Shown here: positions 8,893 to 19,897 of the stretch, one piece after another
Layout of the letters: every line of letters starts with the position of its first letter
Numbering within the stretch: the stretch's first letter is position 1
Virus record (IMG/VR): IMGVR_UViG_3300005264_000830
Location: 32,001 to 96,000 of that record
Source: a virus
DNA: 64,000 bases
Reading direction: 5' to 3' (one strand)
The notes under the pieces: generated by a model
Database searches by the model: none
What the model saw: only the letters and a program-made list of their open reading frames with translations
Told to the model about the DNA's origin: nothing
Program-made: the position numbers and the translations under genes

Positions 8893-10110
8893 ATGGGCAA
8901 AGAAAATATTAAATTTTCAAGAAAAAATATAGCTATACAGGATGGTTACTATTATTATTTTGATGAACGAAACGATACACTATATAAAAAAGTAAGTAAT
9001 GGTAAAACAGCTTTTACCTACCCACTAGAACCACCGTTAGGGACTAAACAAGTTGAATCCCTTAATTATGATGGATACTATTTTTGGACTCTTCAAGAGG
9101 GAACTACTTCAGAAGATGTTGTTGTAAAAAAATGGAAAATAGAAAATTTTATTTGTATTTTGGCAGACACTTTTGACTTCATTCATGATTCTAGCAATAA
9201 ATATGATTGCCCATCATTCTCGTTAGAATATTATAATACTACATTATCCTACGAGCTACCTTCTCATTCAACAGAATTAACAGTAAGTACTTTTGGGGAT
9301 AAGATTGAATCAGGGACTGTTCTAACTTTAGGCCCGAACGCTGCAAATCAATACGAAGATGTTACTGTCACAGGAACTTTAGGTGTAAATGGCCGTTTTG
9401 GTTTGGATTTTTATACATCTCATTCTTATAATAGTGGCACACCTATTTATTTCTCTAAAAATTTATGGCTTGTTAATCACTTTATTTATACATCTACTGG
9501 AGGTGCTTTATATAAAATTAATTTACCAAATAAACACCAGGAATATGTATTAGAAGATTCTGATTTAGAATTAGCTGAAGCAAGTTGTTTTTATAATACT
9601 GTCGATAATCAGTATATACTTTTTCCAGTAGGAAATGTATTACGATTTTTTAATATTAACACTTTAGTTGTAGAAAAGTCAATGTTAATGGATAACATAA
9701 GAACTAATCAGTCGACTATTATTCCTATATATGCTTTAAAGGTAGTAGATGGATCTTTATATAGGCTACAAGAGGAAGCTACTTATTTTAGTCAGAATAA
9801 TAGTTTTTCATCGTACAATTATCAATTATCGCCTTTACGTCCTTTTGTGGACTCTGTGACCATAGATGTCGCGCCAAAAATTCTACCTTCAAATGGAATG
9901 AATATAGCGGACGTGGTGGCTGTAGCAAGAGATCAATTTGATGACCCAATACAAATTAAACCTATGTTATTTTGGGATACAGATAGTACGGGCTTTATGA
10001 CTATAATAAATACTTATACTAATTTATATGGGGTGGCCAGGTCATATTATAATGCAGGGGTTATACCTAGTACAGTAACTATAGCTGCTAAGGTTACTCA
10101 ATATGATTAA
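8893..10110 (+). CDS. Virion protein, paralog 2, with C-terminal Big_1-like Ig domain
   Basis: Colinear similarity to 7624..8874 (DGYYFW / DGINFW, KKWKIEN / KRWRIEN, LYRLQ, RDQF). Confidence 0.65.
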   Translation: MGKENIKFSRKNIAIQDGYYYYFDERNDTLYKKVSNGKTAFTYPLEPPLGTKQVESLNYDGYYFWTLQEGTTSEDVVVKKWKIENFICILADTFDFIHDSSNKYDCPSFSLEYYNTTLSYELPSHSTELTVSTFGDKIESGTVLTLGPNAANQYEDVTVTGTLGVNGRFGLDFYTSHSYNSGTPIYFSKNLWLVNHFIYTSTGGALYKINLPNKHQEYVLEDSDLELAEASCFYNTVDNQYILFPVGNVLRFFNINTLVVEKSMLMDNIRTNQSTIIPIYALKVVDGSLYRLQEEATYFSQNNSFSSYNYQLSPLRPFVDSVTIDVAPKILPSNGMNIADVVAVARDQFDDPIQIKPMLFWDTDSTGFMTIINTYTNLYGVARSYYNAGVIPSTVTIAAKVTQYD

Positions 10111-10121
10111 AGGAGTTATTT

Positions 10122-12926
10122 ATGACACTTGAAAATATTAGAGCTACTAGGTCCAATTTTTGTATAGGTCCTCAGTCAGGTACTTTTTGTACTGTGGATG
10201 ATGAGGTATCTCCGGTGGTTATGCATGTTAAAAACGACACTGGGGTAATAATAAGAACTTACACTTTTTTTCCACACGACATACTACATACAGGCCCTGC
10301 ACCAGCTGTAACTAATTACCAAACACTACCTGATCCTACATCTTATTCTTTTCATAAATTTGTGACAATTCAATATGTAGGACCTTATAATCAAACATCT
10401 TACTTTGATGGTGCCGTGTTTTATACACTAGAAAAAAGGGCTTTAGGTAGTCGTAGATACTATACTTATACAAATGAGAATGACCCAGAAGAGTGGAGAA
10501 ATAGAATAGAATATAATAGCAATATTATTAGAAGATGGATACTCGACGCAGCCAATTTTAGATTAGAATTAGATCAAACATTTGTTAAGAATAGTTCTAT
10601 TGATAACTGGTTTGATGCTAATGCTTTTGTAGTACAACATACACTTACTACATTTGATGATCATACTACAACAGGTACTGAGAGTATTGAAATTACTACA
10701 ACATCTGGACTTAAGAAATATGATACATTATTTTTAGGCCCGTCTTCTGATACCAGTAACCAAGGGGAAGTTGAAGAGGTATATGTACATTCTATTACTG
10801 GAACTACAGTAGAAATTAGAACTTATGGTGGTACACTACCTACTAAATGGGAATATATGGCCGGCGATCCGATAACTATGTATCAAGATTTATTTTTATT
10901 TAGTAATCCACGTCCAGCAATTAATGAGCAGGAAATTGCTTATGGGATTAGTACTTTATCAGGTACACTATATAAGATGGATCAGACTAACTATGCATCT
11001 ATAACAGATATAGATTATTCAGGAATGTATAGTGATATAGTTGCTGCCACTTGGAATAATTATTTTTCTACATTAAGTTTTGTAAAAGGAACTAATTTAG
11101 TACATTTAGATATATCTGATTATGAAATAAGTCGTTCGCAAAATATAAACCTAGAGAATCCGAATAGTCAAACTATAATTCCTATATATGACATCGATAT
11201 AAAAGATGCGTCTGTTTATAAATTACAAGAAAGTATATTACAGCATGACGATGATGGGGTTTATTTTGAAGTGACCTGGGACTCATATAATTATCATGTT
11301 GATACATTTATTCCTTATTCAAGCGTCATTACTTTAAGTGTTTCTGAAAGAGTACTAGTTAGGGAAGGTCAATCATTTATAACTGTGGGGGTAAAAGACC
11401 AGTTTGGTGTCGGGTTATTGGCAAAAGATGTATGGTTTACAGCAGAGGGGGATATATACGGGGAATTAACACCGTCTGATGGATATATGGTAACAGATGC
11501 AGACGGCAACGCTACTGTTCAATATGATGCAGGAAATTTTTACACTGGATTTGAGGATATTAAAGTAAGGGTTGGTGGGGGAAATAATGCTCATGGTAGT
11601 GCATTTTTAACAGCTATTACTATTTTAACACAGTATCATGAGCATCTTCAAGAAGCTAAAGTATTTTTAAAAACGTTAGATAAATTTTCTACTTCATTAA
11701 TAACTAATGATGCTATTAATGCTACAGGGTCTGTTTGTGGTAAAGTAGCATATGTTTTTCCAAACAATGATTTGACTGATAATTCTATGGCCGGCTGGCC
11801 CAATAGGACAAGGTCTTCTTCTCCATTGATACGTCAAGTACTTCAGCCTAATTTAAGTGCCTATGTCTCTGGATCAGATGAGTATGATACTCTAGTATCT
11901 GTAAAGGTATTACAGACCGATTTAATGTTAAATAGAGCTGTCAATAATAGTAATCAAGAGTCAGCATCTATTTACAGTAAAAGTGTTATTCAAAATGAGC
12001 AACAAATAAGCTCTAATTATATAAGTAGGCATCTTTTATTCGGCCATATTGACAACGTAACATTAGATCAGTATATTTTTGTTCAAGATGCAAGGCCAGT
12101 TATGTGGTCATTAAAAAATAATATAAATACGGATTATTGGATCAGACTACGTCCATTTGCAGCATCATTAAATCCAGCTACGTTAATAGTTAAATTAAAA
12201 GAAGAGTCTTATGCGGGAGTACCTGAGTGGGAAGATGTTACTTCATTAGGCACTATTACCATGTTTGATGCTGGTGGTGGCATTTTGGGTATAGACTTTC
12301 TGTATGTCCCAGGTAATATTTTTCATCACAATTCGATTGTATACGTAGATATAGAAGTATATGATTCAGCAACAATACCTAATAAAATAGTATTAACTTA
12401 TTGGTTCAAGATAATTCAAGATTATAAAGCCCCTTATTTGGCGAATCAGATACCTATGGTGGAAGCATGCCATGTACCTATAAATTCTTCGATTACTTTT
12501 GATTTGATAGATGAAGGTGAGGGTGTTGATATAGCTACATTAGAAATATTTGTTAATCAAAGGGCTACTGACTTCTCATATGATGAGTATGAGCCTGGAA
12601 ATTATCATGTAATTTGTAATTTAAATCATCAGTTTCATTTTGGAGAAGAAGTATCAGTTGATGTAATAGTGTCTGATCGATCAGATAGTGACAATAAGTT
12701 ATTAGATGGTTGGGTATTTTATTGTAATGATAGTACTGGACCTTGGATTAATTTAGATAATACAGAGCCAGATTTATGTATAGAGGGAGCAAAAAGAACC
12801 CAACCAGTTTCAGCGCAGGTTTATGGAATTAATGATACGGGAATTGAGTATGACAGTATTAGGTTGGAAGCAGGCGGTAAGTATAGAAATTTAAAAATAA
12901 TTCCAATAGTCTACAGATTAAGTTAA
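10122..12926 (+). CDS. Virion protein, paralog 3, extended with Big_1 and Big_5-like Ig domains
   Basis: RRWIL, VYKLQ, VKDQFG, TDADGNATVQY; later DYKAPYL..GVDIATLEIFVN. Confidence 0.65.
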   Translation: MTLENIRATRSNFCIGPQSGTFCTVDDEVSPVVMHVKNDTGVIIRTYTFFPHDILHTGPAPAVTNYQTLPDPTSYSFHKFVTIQYVGPYNQTSYFDGAVFYTLEKRALGSRRYYTYTNENDPEEWRNRIEYNSNIIRRWILDAANFRLELDQTFVKNSSIDNWFDANAFVVQHTLTTFDDHTTTGTESIEITTTSGLKKYDTLFLGPSSDTSNQGEVEEVYVHSITGTTVEIRTYGGTLPTKWEYMAGDPITMYQDLFLFSNPRPAINEQEIAYGISTLSGTLYKMDQTNYASITDIDYSGMYSDIVAATWNNYFSTLSFVKGTNLVHLDISDYEISRSQNINLENPNSQTIIPIYDIDIKDASVYKLQESILQHDDDGVYFEVTWDSYNYHVDTFIPYSSVITLSVSERVLVREGQSFITVGVKDQFGVGLLAKDVWFTAEGDIYGELTPSDGYMVTDADGNATVQYDAGNFYTGFEDIKVRVGGGNNAHGSAFLTAITILTQYHEHLQEAKVFLKTLDKFSTSLITNDAINATGSVCGKVAYVFPNNDLTDNSMAGWPNRTRSSSPLIRQVLQPNLSAYVSGSDEYDTLVSVKVLQTDLMLNRAVNNSNQESASIYSKSVIQNEQQISSNYISRHLLFGHIDNVTLDQYIFVQDARPVMWSLKNNINTDYWIRLRPFAASLNPATLIVKLKEESYAGVPEWEDVTSLGTITMFDAGGGILGIDFLYVPGNIFHHNSIVYVDIEVYDSATIPNKIVLTYWFKIIQDYKAPYLANQIPMVEACHVPINSSITFDLIDEGEGVDIATLEIFVNQRATDFSYDEYEPGNYHVICNLNHQFHFGEEVSVDVIVSDRSDSDNKLLDGWVFYCNDSTGPWINLDNTEPDLCIEGAKRTQPVSAQVYGINDTGIEYDSIRLEAGGKYRNLKIIPIVYRLS

Positions 12927-12949
12927 TAAAGTAACCTAATTATAAGTAG
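12924..12949 (+). promoter_or_regulatory. Putative phage-specific (late) promoter motif
   Basis: TAATAAAGTAACCTAATTATAAGTAG is 23/26 identical to 62427-62452; lies at a gene boundary. Confidence 0.55.
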
Positions 12950-12967
12950 GAGTTAAGGAGAAAAAAC

Positions 12968-13651
12968 ATGTCAGAACCAAATTTAACATTTTTATATAAT
13001 TATTCAGAAGTGGATAGCCCTTATTCTGGCAGTGGAGGGCCTTCTGGAACTTGGAAAGAAATATATTTAGCAACAGGGTCTGGGATTAGTCCAGATAAAA
13101 AAATATATACTGGTGGAGGTATTCATCAATCATTACCTGTACCTATAGCTACATATGGTAGTAGAGAAGCTACTATTAGGCCCGTTACGGGGCAATATCC
13201 AGTACCACAGATTTATATAGAATCAGAATTAAATAATGTAATGTATCATGTCCCACTTGCTAGTGGACAGCCTAATACCAATAGATATGTATTTGGGGTG
13301 TATATTGATGGATTAATAACGAGCGACCTATATTTAGAAATGTGGGACGATTTAACTTTTTCTTCACACTCATTACCTACTTTATCTGGGTCAGAAGAGT
13401 ATCCTTACTCTGTATTTAATGCTATTAGAACTACTAATACAGCACCCTTAACTGGGTGGAATGGTTCAACTGCGTCTGGTATTGCTAATGGAGGGGTTTG
13501 TTTAGCGGGCTATACAAACAGGTTAAGATTAAAGGGTGTAGATAATATACAAAATGAAGCTGTATATTACAGCATGTACGCAACTATTCCATGGGATTTA
13601 GTATTTACCCATGACCAACCGGTAGAAACATATAGGTATTTATATATATAG
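12968..13651 (+). CDS. Putative virion structural protein
   Basis: 227 aa, AAGGAG RBS; LEMWDD...YRYLYI resembles the C-terminus of the 554-aa protein. Confidence 0.6.
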   Translation: MSEPNLTFLYNYSEVDSPYSGSGGPSGTWKEIYLATGSGISPDKKIYTGGGIHQSLPVPIATYGSREATIRPVTGQYPVPQIYIESELNNVMYHVPLASGQPNTNRYVFGVYIDGLITSDLYLEMWDDLTFSSHSLPTLSGSEEYPYSVFNAIRTTNTAPLTGWNGSTASGIANGGVCLAGYTNRLRLKGVDNIQNEAVYYSMYATIPWDLVFTHDQPVETYRYLYI

Positions 13652-13662
13652 AAAGGATTAAT

Positions 13663-14115
13663 ATGGACAAAAGAATAAAACCAATAAGTAATTTAGACGC
13701 TGTAGATGGCACAATCTATGGTAAGTATAATAAAGTGCACATGGTAAATCCATATAAATCGTACTTTATTGTTCACTACAGTGATGGTACTTTACAGAAA
13801 GGGAACAACTTATTTGATACTGGTTGGTCTGGTGTTAGACAAGGAGTTAGCTTATTACAATATAAACTTTCAACTGGTCATCTAATTACAATACCCAAAT
13901 CTAAAGGATATTTACCAACTATTGAAGTAAGTGAGTCTATTGAGGGGTTTAAATTATTTCATGCTATACATGTAAATTGTATGGGTTTTGATAAGTTAAT
14001 TAAATATAAAATAATATTAAAAGAAGATAATATAAATAGATATAAAATAGGAGATATAATAATTTCAGAAACTGCTAAGAGGATAGAATCTTCACAATGG
14101 AAAATGGCAGCTTAA
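13663..14115 (+). CDS. Hypothetical protein
   Basis: 150 aa, AAGGA RBS. Confidence 0.7.
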   Translation: MDKRIKPISNLDAVDGTIYGKYNKVHMVNPYKSYFIVHYSDGTLQKGNNLFDTGWSGVRQGVSLLQYKLSTGHLITIPKSKGYLPTIEVSESIEGFKLFHAIHVNCMGFDKLIKYKIILKEDNINRYKIGDIIISETAKRIESSQWKMAA

Positions 14116-14128
14116 AAGGAGTGAATCG

Positions 14129-15793
14129 ATGGCGGTAACAATAACAAAAAAATTTTGGGAAGGTTCTGAGTATAAAAGTCTTGCAAAAATTGTCTTCACG
14201 AGTCCTAATTTTACAAGTCCAGCAGTAGCTGGAACAAGATCTCATATGCCCCCAGGTGGAATATACATGGGAACATGGTTTGAAGCCGTTGATTGGATGT
14301 ACAGACAAAAACAAAATCAAAACTACACAGAGCTTCCTACAGAAATGGAAAGTTTTTTTGGTAAATTAACTTTAAGTGGCACTTTTGATTTAGATAACGA
14401 CACCTCCGCTTTATTTACTCATGAATATGGAGAAGATTATGATGTAGTAGGGACAGGAATTTATCCTAATATACTATATAAGGATAAAGATAATTACGCC
14501 GTGATAGCTACATGTATTTCTGGAACAATTAGTGGTACATCTCCAATATATACTTCAGCTGTTACTTTTAGTAATGTAGAGGGTACTGGGGTTTTAAATG
14601 GATGGATTGGTTGTACTACTAGTGGTGTGTTAAACACGTTAATAAGCGGAAATGCTAACCCAGTTGGGACTACTACTGTAGTGGATGTTAGTGAGATTAT
14701 AACAACACAAGCTAATAATGAAAATAATACTATTCTCACAGGCACTATTGGAGGAGGTATTACTGGAATTTTAAGTAGTATTGGAACAGAAACTGTCAGT
14801 GGGACACTAACTAGTAACATTTCGGGTAGAGCCTTTAAGAATGTTCCCGGCAAGATAGATGAAATATATAGTAATATTTCTGATAGTGTTTCAGTTATAA
14901 TGACAGGGCATGATTATGGTACTGCAAGTGGGGTCATGCTCACTACTTTTTCTGGTTTTGTAGGGGAAGCTGGTGAAACTCTAGATGTATTTGTGAGTGA
15001 CGAAGTTACAGCGCAAACAGACGATTCTAGAAATGTGACTGTGACTGGTACTGTTGATGGGGTTGTGTCTTGTACTATAAATAGTTCCGGCGGCAACTTT
15101 GTTAATGGTACTCTTACAGGGGTAGTTTCTGGAGAGCTAATTGGAGATGACGATGGGGATCTTGTTAGAAGTACCGTTTCTGGCACCCCTTCAATTTATT
15201 TTTTTGGCACAAAAAATACTATAATAGTTGATACTGATGATACTTGTCAAGTATCAGGACCAGCTACAGGGGTCATACGTGGTACATTAGATAGTAGTTT
15301 TAGTGGTAACTATGTAGAACCGTCAGTGGTAATGAATCATCAATATTCAAATACAGTTGTGGATGCTAGTACATCTAGTCCGAGACCTAGACGGCATCAT
15401 GGTAGTAATTCTATTATTTTTACCGTAACTTTTGGAGAGGCTTATAATTGTAGACTAACTGCCTGGGATGACGACACACACTCTACTACTACAAATAAAG
15501 TAATAGATGAAGAACATTATAGGGTTGACGCTGTAGCTTATAGATCTAATATAATTGACACCGCCCATACACCTATTTTTAGGACAACTAATAATTTAAT
15601 ATATCCTCAAGTATATGATATAGCATTGAAGGGAAACGAAAGATATTATGGAGATTTTGATTTGGTATTTGCTATCGAGACTGATAATTATGGAGAATAT
15701 TTGGCTTTCATCCCACGATTAATTAATATGGATAGTTCTTTTGTAGCAGGAAGTTACGATTTTGTAACTACATTACATTACCAATATACTTAA
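14129..15793 (+). CDS. Putative virion protein with a central [VIL][ST]G[TV] repeat region
   Basis: 554 aa; ISGTISGT, VTGTVDGVVS, VNGTLTGVVSG repeats. Confidence 0.6.
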   Translation: MAVTITKKFWEGSEYKSLAKIVFTSPNFTSPAVAGTRSHMPPGGIYMGTWFEAVDWMYRQKQNQNYTELPTEMESFFGKLTLSGTFDLDNDTSALFTHEYGEDYDVVGTGIYPNILYKDKDNYAVIATCISGTISGTSPIYTSAVTFSNVEGTGVLNGWIGCTTSGVLNTLISGNANPVGTTTVVDVSEIITTQANNENNTILTGTIGGGITGILSSIGTETVSGTLTSNISGRAFKNVPGKIDEIYSNISDSVSVIMTGHDYGTASGVMLTTFSGFVGEAGETLDVFVSDEVTAQTDDSRNVTVTGTVDGVVSCTINSSGGNFVNGTLTGVVSGELIGDDDGDLVRSTVSGTPSIYFFGTKNTIIVDTDDTCQVSGPATGVIRGTLDSSFSGNYVEPSVVMNHQYSNTVVDASTSSPRPRRHHGSNSIIFTVTFGEAYNCRLTAWDDDTHSTTTNKVIDEEHYRVDAVAYRSNIIDTAHTPIFRTTNNLIYPQVYDIALKGNERYYGDFDLVFAIETDNYGEYLAFIPRLINMDSSFVAGSYDFVTTLHYQYT

Positions 15794-15803
15794 GGGTTAG
15801 TAG

Positions 15804-17783
15804 ATGACACTACAATCACATGAATTACCAACAGTAGTAATTATTAATGATTTAGATGCTTTTGACAAAGATATTTCTACAGGTGCAATATATAATACAA
15901 TTACTAGTAGTGGAGTACAATTATTTACTGATTTGGCTATTTATAATATAGATTACTATGATTTAATTGACTCATTGTTAGAAATAGAAGTATTGGATTT
16001 AGATGATATTATTTTAGATATGATACATGAATTACGTATTAGTTTACTAAACCAATTAGATATTGATACAGCAGTAACGATGTTATTGGCTTTGAAAAAC
16101 GGAACCGCTACTGATGTAGAGATAGAACTATTTTTTAGTTTATACTTACAGCAAGCAGTAAATGATTCAAAAGTAACATTTAGGATCAATATAGGAACCA
16201 TTCCAACAGAGTATGATACGGATGTAGAGATGTATATCTCTGGAATAAAATACTATAATTGTAGTTCTGATATATATTGTAGTACCGCTACTATATCATC
16301 AGGCATTATTACTGATATAGTACAAGATTTTGGTAGGATAGGTTATTTAGATACTGATTTATATAGTAGTGGGCTATTAACTACTAATTTAAGTACATAT
16401 ATTTGTAATTCAGCTTTAGATACTAAAACAGCTCATACTGAATTAACTACTACTTCAGGTAGACTGGTTATAATGGATACAGATATATTTTCTACAGCAT
16501 TAGGTTTGGCTGGCACTACCAGAGTAGATTTGAAAACAAGAAGTATTTTTACTAGTAATTTTTTTATTGAACGTGATAGATTTACTACAGCATCTTCAAT
16601 AGCTTGGGTCGATATTATTGATTATTTATACCCTATAAATACAGAGAATACGTATTTATATGTTGAAGGCGCTGAGGCTAGTGGAATTTATTTTACAGAT
16701 ATAGTTAATGGCAAACGATTACATTATGATCCATTAGATGATTTTTATAACGTAGGGGTGATAACATATAGTTTACATGCTGAGAATAGTATTGGAGAAG
16801 TAGAAGAAAAAGATTTTTATTTATTATATGGGTATGATTTACAGTTAGATGAGGTTATAGATTGGGGTCCTCATAAGAGAGTAATAGTAAGAGTAGAAGC
16901 CAGCAATCTAGTTTTTTGTCCAAATATGGAGTCTATAGCTTATGACTTTATAACTGTGGATTTAAAATCATTTAATTTAAATTGCACTATTTATCCGGTA
17001 GGATTTGTTGATTTACCTGTATCTATATTTCCACAAAGTGCTGCATTTTTCTATGGAAAGACCTATACTGTTAAGTTACAAAATGTAAAGGATTTTGCAG
17101 GGAATATAATGGAAGATATAGAGTATACATTTACTATCGAAGATCCTTTGGTGAAGGATATTATTCCAGAAAAAGAAATTGATATTTATGAACAGACATC
17201 TGTTTTTGATGGTACCTTTCCAGATACTATTTGGAGAGACTACCATAATGGGTTTACTAAAACTATATCTTCAATGTTTCATAATGATGGATTATATCTT
17301 AATTTTTCAGAAGAAGATGCTGGAAGTGTAGTTTTTTTTACGGATTATACTTATGGAAATTGTGAGTGCGCTGTTAAATTTAGTTGTAATAATAATACTT
17401 TATTAGACAGGTTATATATAAAGTTGAAGATACATCTTGAAAATATAGGTACTTTTGATATTAGAAGGCACATGTATAGTTACAGACAGCAATGGGTTTG
17501 TTATAATGGGAAAACGTACACAAATTACGGGTCTGTGTATACTACTGATATAACAGGACTAAAAATTGTGAAATATAATAGCGTAATAACACTTTATTAT
17601 ATGCTTAATTCTGAATGGATAGAGACTGAAACATTTATTATTGAATTATCAGATGATACGTTTGAGTCATTAGATATAAAAACATATTTTGAGTTTAATG
17701 TAGAAAAATCTAAAGCATATCCAGCAATTAATGTGCTCTTAGAGAGTATTAGTCTTAAAAGTAATAAAGAATTTTTTAAATAA
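15804..17783 (+). CDS. Putative virion protein with Ig-like and C-terminal ConA-like domains
   Basis: 659 aa; YTVKLQNVKDFAGN (Big_5-type); C-terminal LKIVKYNSVITLYY..W domain. Confidence 0.55.
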   Translation: MTLQSHELPTVVIINDLDAFDKDISTGAIYNTITSSGVQLFTDLAIYNIDYYDLIDSLLEIEVLDLDDIILDMIHELRISLLNQLDIDTAVTMLLALKNGTATDVEIELFFSLYLQQAVNDSKVTFRINIGTIPTEYDTDVEMYISGIKYYNCSSDIYCSTATISSGIITDIVQDFGRIGYLDTDLYSSGLLTTNLSTYICNSALDTKTAHTELTTTSGRLVIMDTDIFSTALGLAGTTRVDLKTRSIFTSNFFIERDRFTTASSIAWVDIIDYLYPINTENTYLYVEGAEASGIYFTDIVNGKRLHYDPLDDFYNVGVITYSLHAENSIGEVEEKDFYLLYGYDLQLDEVIDWGPHKRVIVRVEASNLVFCPNMESIAYDFITVDLKSFNLNCTIYPVGFVDLPVSIFPQSAAFFYGKTYTVKLQNVKDFAGNIMEDIEYTFTIEDPLVKDIIPEKEIDIYEQTSVFDGTFPDTIWRDYHNGFTKTISSMFHNDGLYLNFSEEDAGSVVFFTDYTYGNCECAVKFSCNNNTLLDRLYIKLKIHLENIGTFDIRRHMYSYRQQWVCYNGKTYTNYGSVYTTDITGLKIVKYNSVITLYYMLNSEWIETETFIIELSDDTFESLDIKTYFEFNVEKSKAYPAINVLLESISLKSNKEFFK

Positions 17784-17808
17784 ACATAGTAATTAAGGAG
17801 GAGTAATA

Positions 17809-19386
17809 ATGGTGGCAATAACAAGATGGGTAAATTATCCAGTTGATGCAGAAGGAGAAGCGACAGATGGAAACGGTAGTGGCTGCAAAGGGGCTGGTGC
17901 TTACGCTAGAGCTACAGCTAGTGTTGGTGATACTTTTACAATAGGTTCAACTACTAATAGACTTTATTTAACAATTGATGGGGATAGTGGTCCTTACATT
18001 ACGATGTATTCAGGTACTAATCTTGACCCTAGATTTTTAGCTAAAGATATAACAGAAAAAATGCATGATTTAGGAAAAAATAATGATAGATGGGACGCTG
18101 CTAGGTGTATATGGACTAATGATGGTAGTCAAGGTAACCATTTTAGGATTTATTCTGGCACTTTAGGATCTTCTGCCAGTGTTACTGTAGATGGTGGAGG
18201 GACTAATAATGGTCGGTCTATTTTAGGTTTTGGTACTCAAACAAATCAGGGCGGAGTAGCCTCTACAAATGGGTTTAGTGGAGATATATCTGTTTCAGGA
18301 ACTTATTATGGTTTTGTAGATGAAAAATATAAAATCGTAATCACAAACGATTCTTACGGAGAAGCTACAGTAGCTCCTAGAGGAATAGGTACTCCTATAA
18401 AAGATGGGTCTAATAGTTATGATGGTATTTTTATAACTGGAGGTACATTCAATGGGGTATCAGATATTACATATGTTATATCTGTTGATGTAACAAATGG
18501 AACAACAATGGGAGGAGGTACTGGTAATGTGCCTAGAATTACTTGGACATCTACTGGAGGGGATTCTTCTACTACAGAAACTGAACTTCTTTTTCCAAAG
18601 TATTGGCAAAAAATAGGTGACTACGGGCTCATGGTAAAATTTTCTGATGCTGTATTTAACCAAGCAAGCCCTGCTTGGACAATTGTATGTAAAAAACCAG
18701 ACTATGTAGGAGGAACAAATGCTACAGGTCCTGTAGGGACTGCAGAGTATGTATGGTCGTCCGAAAGAGGGGAAATGAGCACTGCCCCTGTTGTAACTTC
18801 GTCAGGCACATTTACTCAATTAGGTTCCAGAGGACTATCCATTAGATTCAACCCTTCAGGATCTCCCGACAATTTTGCGGCTGGCGATGAATTTTTTGTT
18901 ATATGTAAAGCCCCAAAACCTGCCAGCTATAATATTACAAGTTTAAATTATGGTAATGTTACTGTCAGTACTGAATCAGATGTTAAGTGTGTTACGTTTG
19001 AAGTAGAGAGTGGCGCGGTCGAAGTTTCCACTATTAAATTTGGTTTACAAAATCATGGTACATTTAATCACCATGAGGCAGGTAACAATGATACTAAATT
19101 TAGATTTGGAACTGTTGGGCCAGAAAATAATGCAGGTATTAATCCAAATAATGGTATAGAATGGTGGCCTAATGTAACGGCAGGAGATATTGATTCAAAT
19201 ACTCCTCCGTCCTACTTGTATAACACTAACGAAAATTTGGCAGTAGTAGGTACTGCTGATGCTAGTGAAGCTATAGGTAATATCGATTTAATGAGCGATC
19301 CTATGTGGGTCAATATACGACTTGGAACAAGTGAGGTTGGAGCTAATAGTACGATTAATATGCGATTATATTTTGATTATAGTTGA
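17809..19386 (+). CDS. Putative virion structural protein
   Basis: 525 aa, AAGGAGGAG RBS, Gly/Thr-rich; shares a domain with the 326-aa and 3766-aa proteins. Confidence 0.6.
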   Translation: MVAITRWVNYPVDAEGEATDGNGSGCKGAGAYARATASVGDTFTIGSTTNRLYLTIDGDSGPYITMYSGTNLDPRFLAKDITEKMHDLGKNNDRWDAARCIWTNDGSQGNHFRIYSGTLGSSASVTVDGGGTNNGRSILGFGTQTNQGGVASTNGFSGDISVSGTYYGFVDEKYKIVITNDSYGEATVAPRGIGTPIKDGSNSYDGIFITGGTFNGVSDITYVISVDVTNGTTMGGGTGNVPRITWTSTGGDSSTTETELLFPKYWQKIGDYGLMVKFSDAVFNQASPAWTIVCKKPDYVGGTNATGPVGTAEYVWSSERGEMSTAPVVTSSGTFTQLGSRGLSIRFNPSGSPDNFAAGDEFFVICKAPKPASYNITSLNYGNVTVSTESDVKCVTFEVESGAVEVSTIKFGLQNHGTFNHHEAGNNDTKFRFGTVGPENNAGINPNNGIEWWPNVTAGDIDSNTPPSYLYNTNENLAVVGTADASEAIGNIDLMSDPMWVNIRLGTSEVGANSTINMRLYFDYS

Positions 19387-19411
19387 CAATTAGTATTTTA
19401 ATTACTATATT
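19383..19411 (+). promoter_or_regulatory. Sigma70-type promoter
   Basis: TTGACA (19383-19388), 17 bp spacer, TATATT (19406-19411). Confidence 0.75.
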
Positions 19412-19447
19412 ATATTAGATATAGTTTATTTATTATAGGAGAATTAT

Positions 19448-19663
19448 ATGAAATCAAAAATTTATTTAGAAGAGTTAGTAGATAATAAGGATAGAAAATT
19501 TGGCTCAACTTTAGAGTACTACCCTGTTAGAATTGAAAGTAATGATGGGCATATAGTAAATGCTTTATTTACAAATAGTCAATTAGATAAAGCAATTTTT
19601 CGAGCTAATAAAAATCCAGAGGATGTCCCAGAATTAACTATTTGGGAAAGTATCTTTGGTTAG
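19448..19663 (+). CDS. Hypothetical protein
   Basis: 71 aa, AGGAG RBS, directly downstream of the sigma70 promoter. Confidence 0.75.
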   Translation: MKSKIYLEELVDNKDRKFGSTLEYYPVRIESNDGHIVNALFTNSQLDKAIFRANKNPEDVPELTIWESIFG

Positions 19664-19678
19664 AAAGGGGGCTAGATA

Positions 19679-19879
19679 ATGCCAGTATATGAATTTAATT
19701 GTGAGTGTGGTCAGGAAAATGAGGCTTTAGTTCCAATGGGAACTAAAACAATTAGATGTAAAAAATGCGGAAAAGATATGAAAAAAATAATTTCACAAAG
19801 TACTTTTCATCTAAAAGGGAAAGGTTGGTATGCGACCGATTATGGCGATAAGTCGGAAAAAGTAAAACAAAAAAATTAA
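19679..19879 (+). CDS. FmdB-family zinc-ribbon protein
   Basis: MPVYEFNCECG...CKKCG..MKKIIS...F.LKG.GWYATDY is the characteristic FmdB/CxxC_CXXC_SSSS pattern. Confidence 0.85.
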   Translation: MPVYEFNCECGQENEALVPMGTKTIRCKKCGKDMKKIISQSTFHLKGKGWYATDYGDKSEKVKQKN

Positions 19880-19897
19880 GGTCTAAAGGAGGATAGT

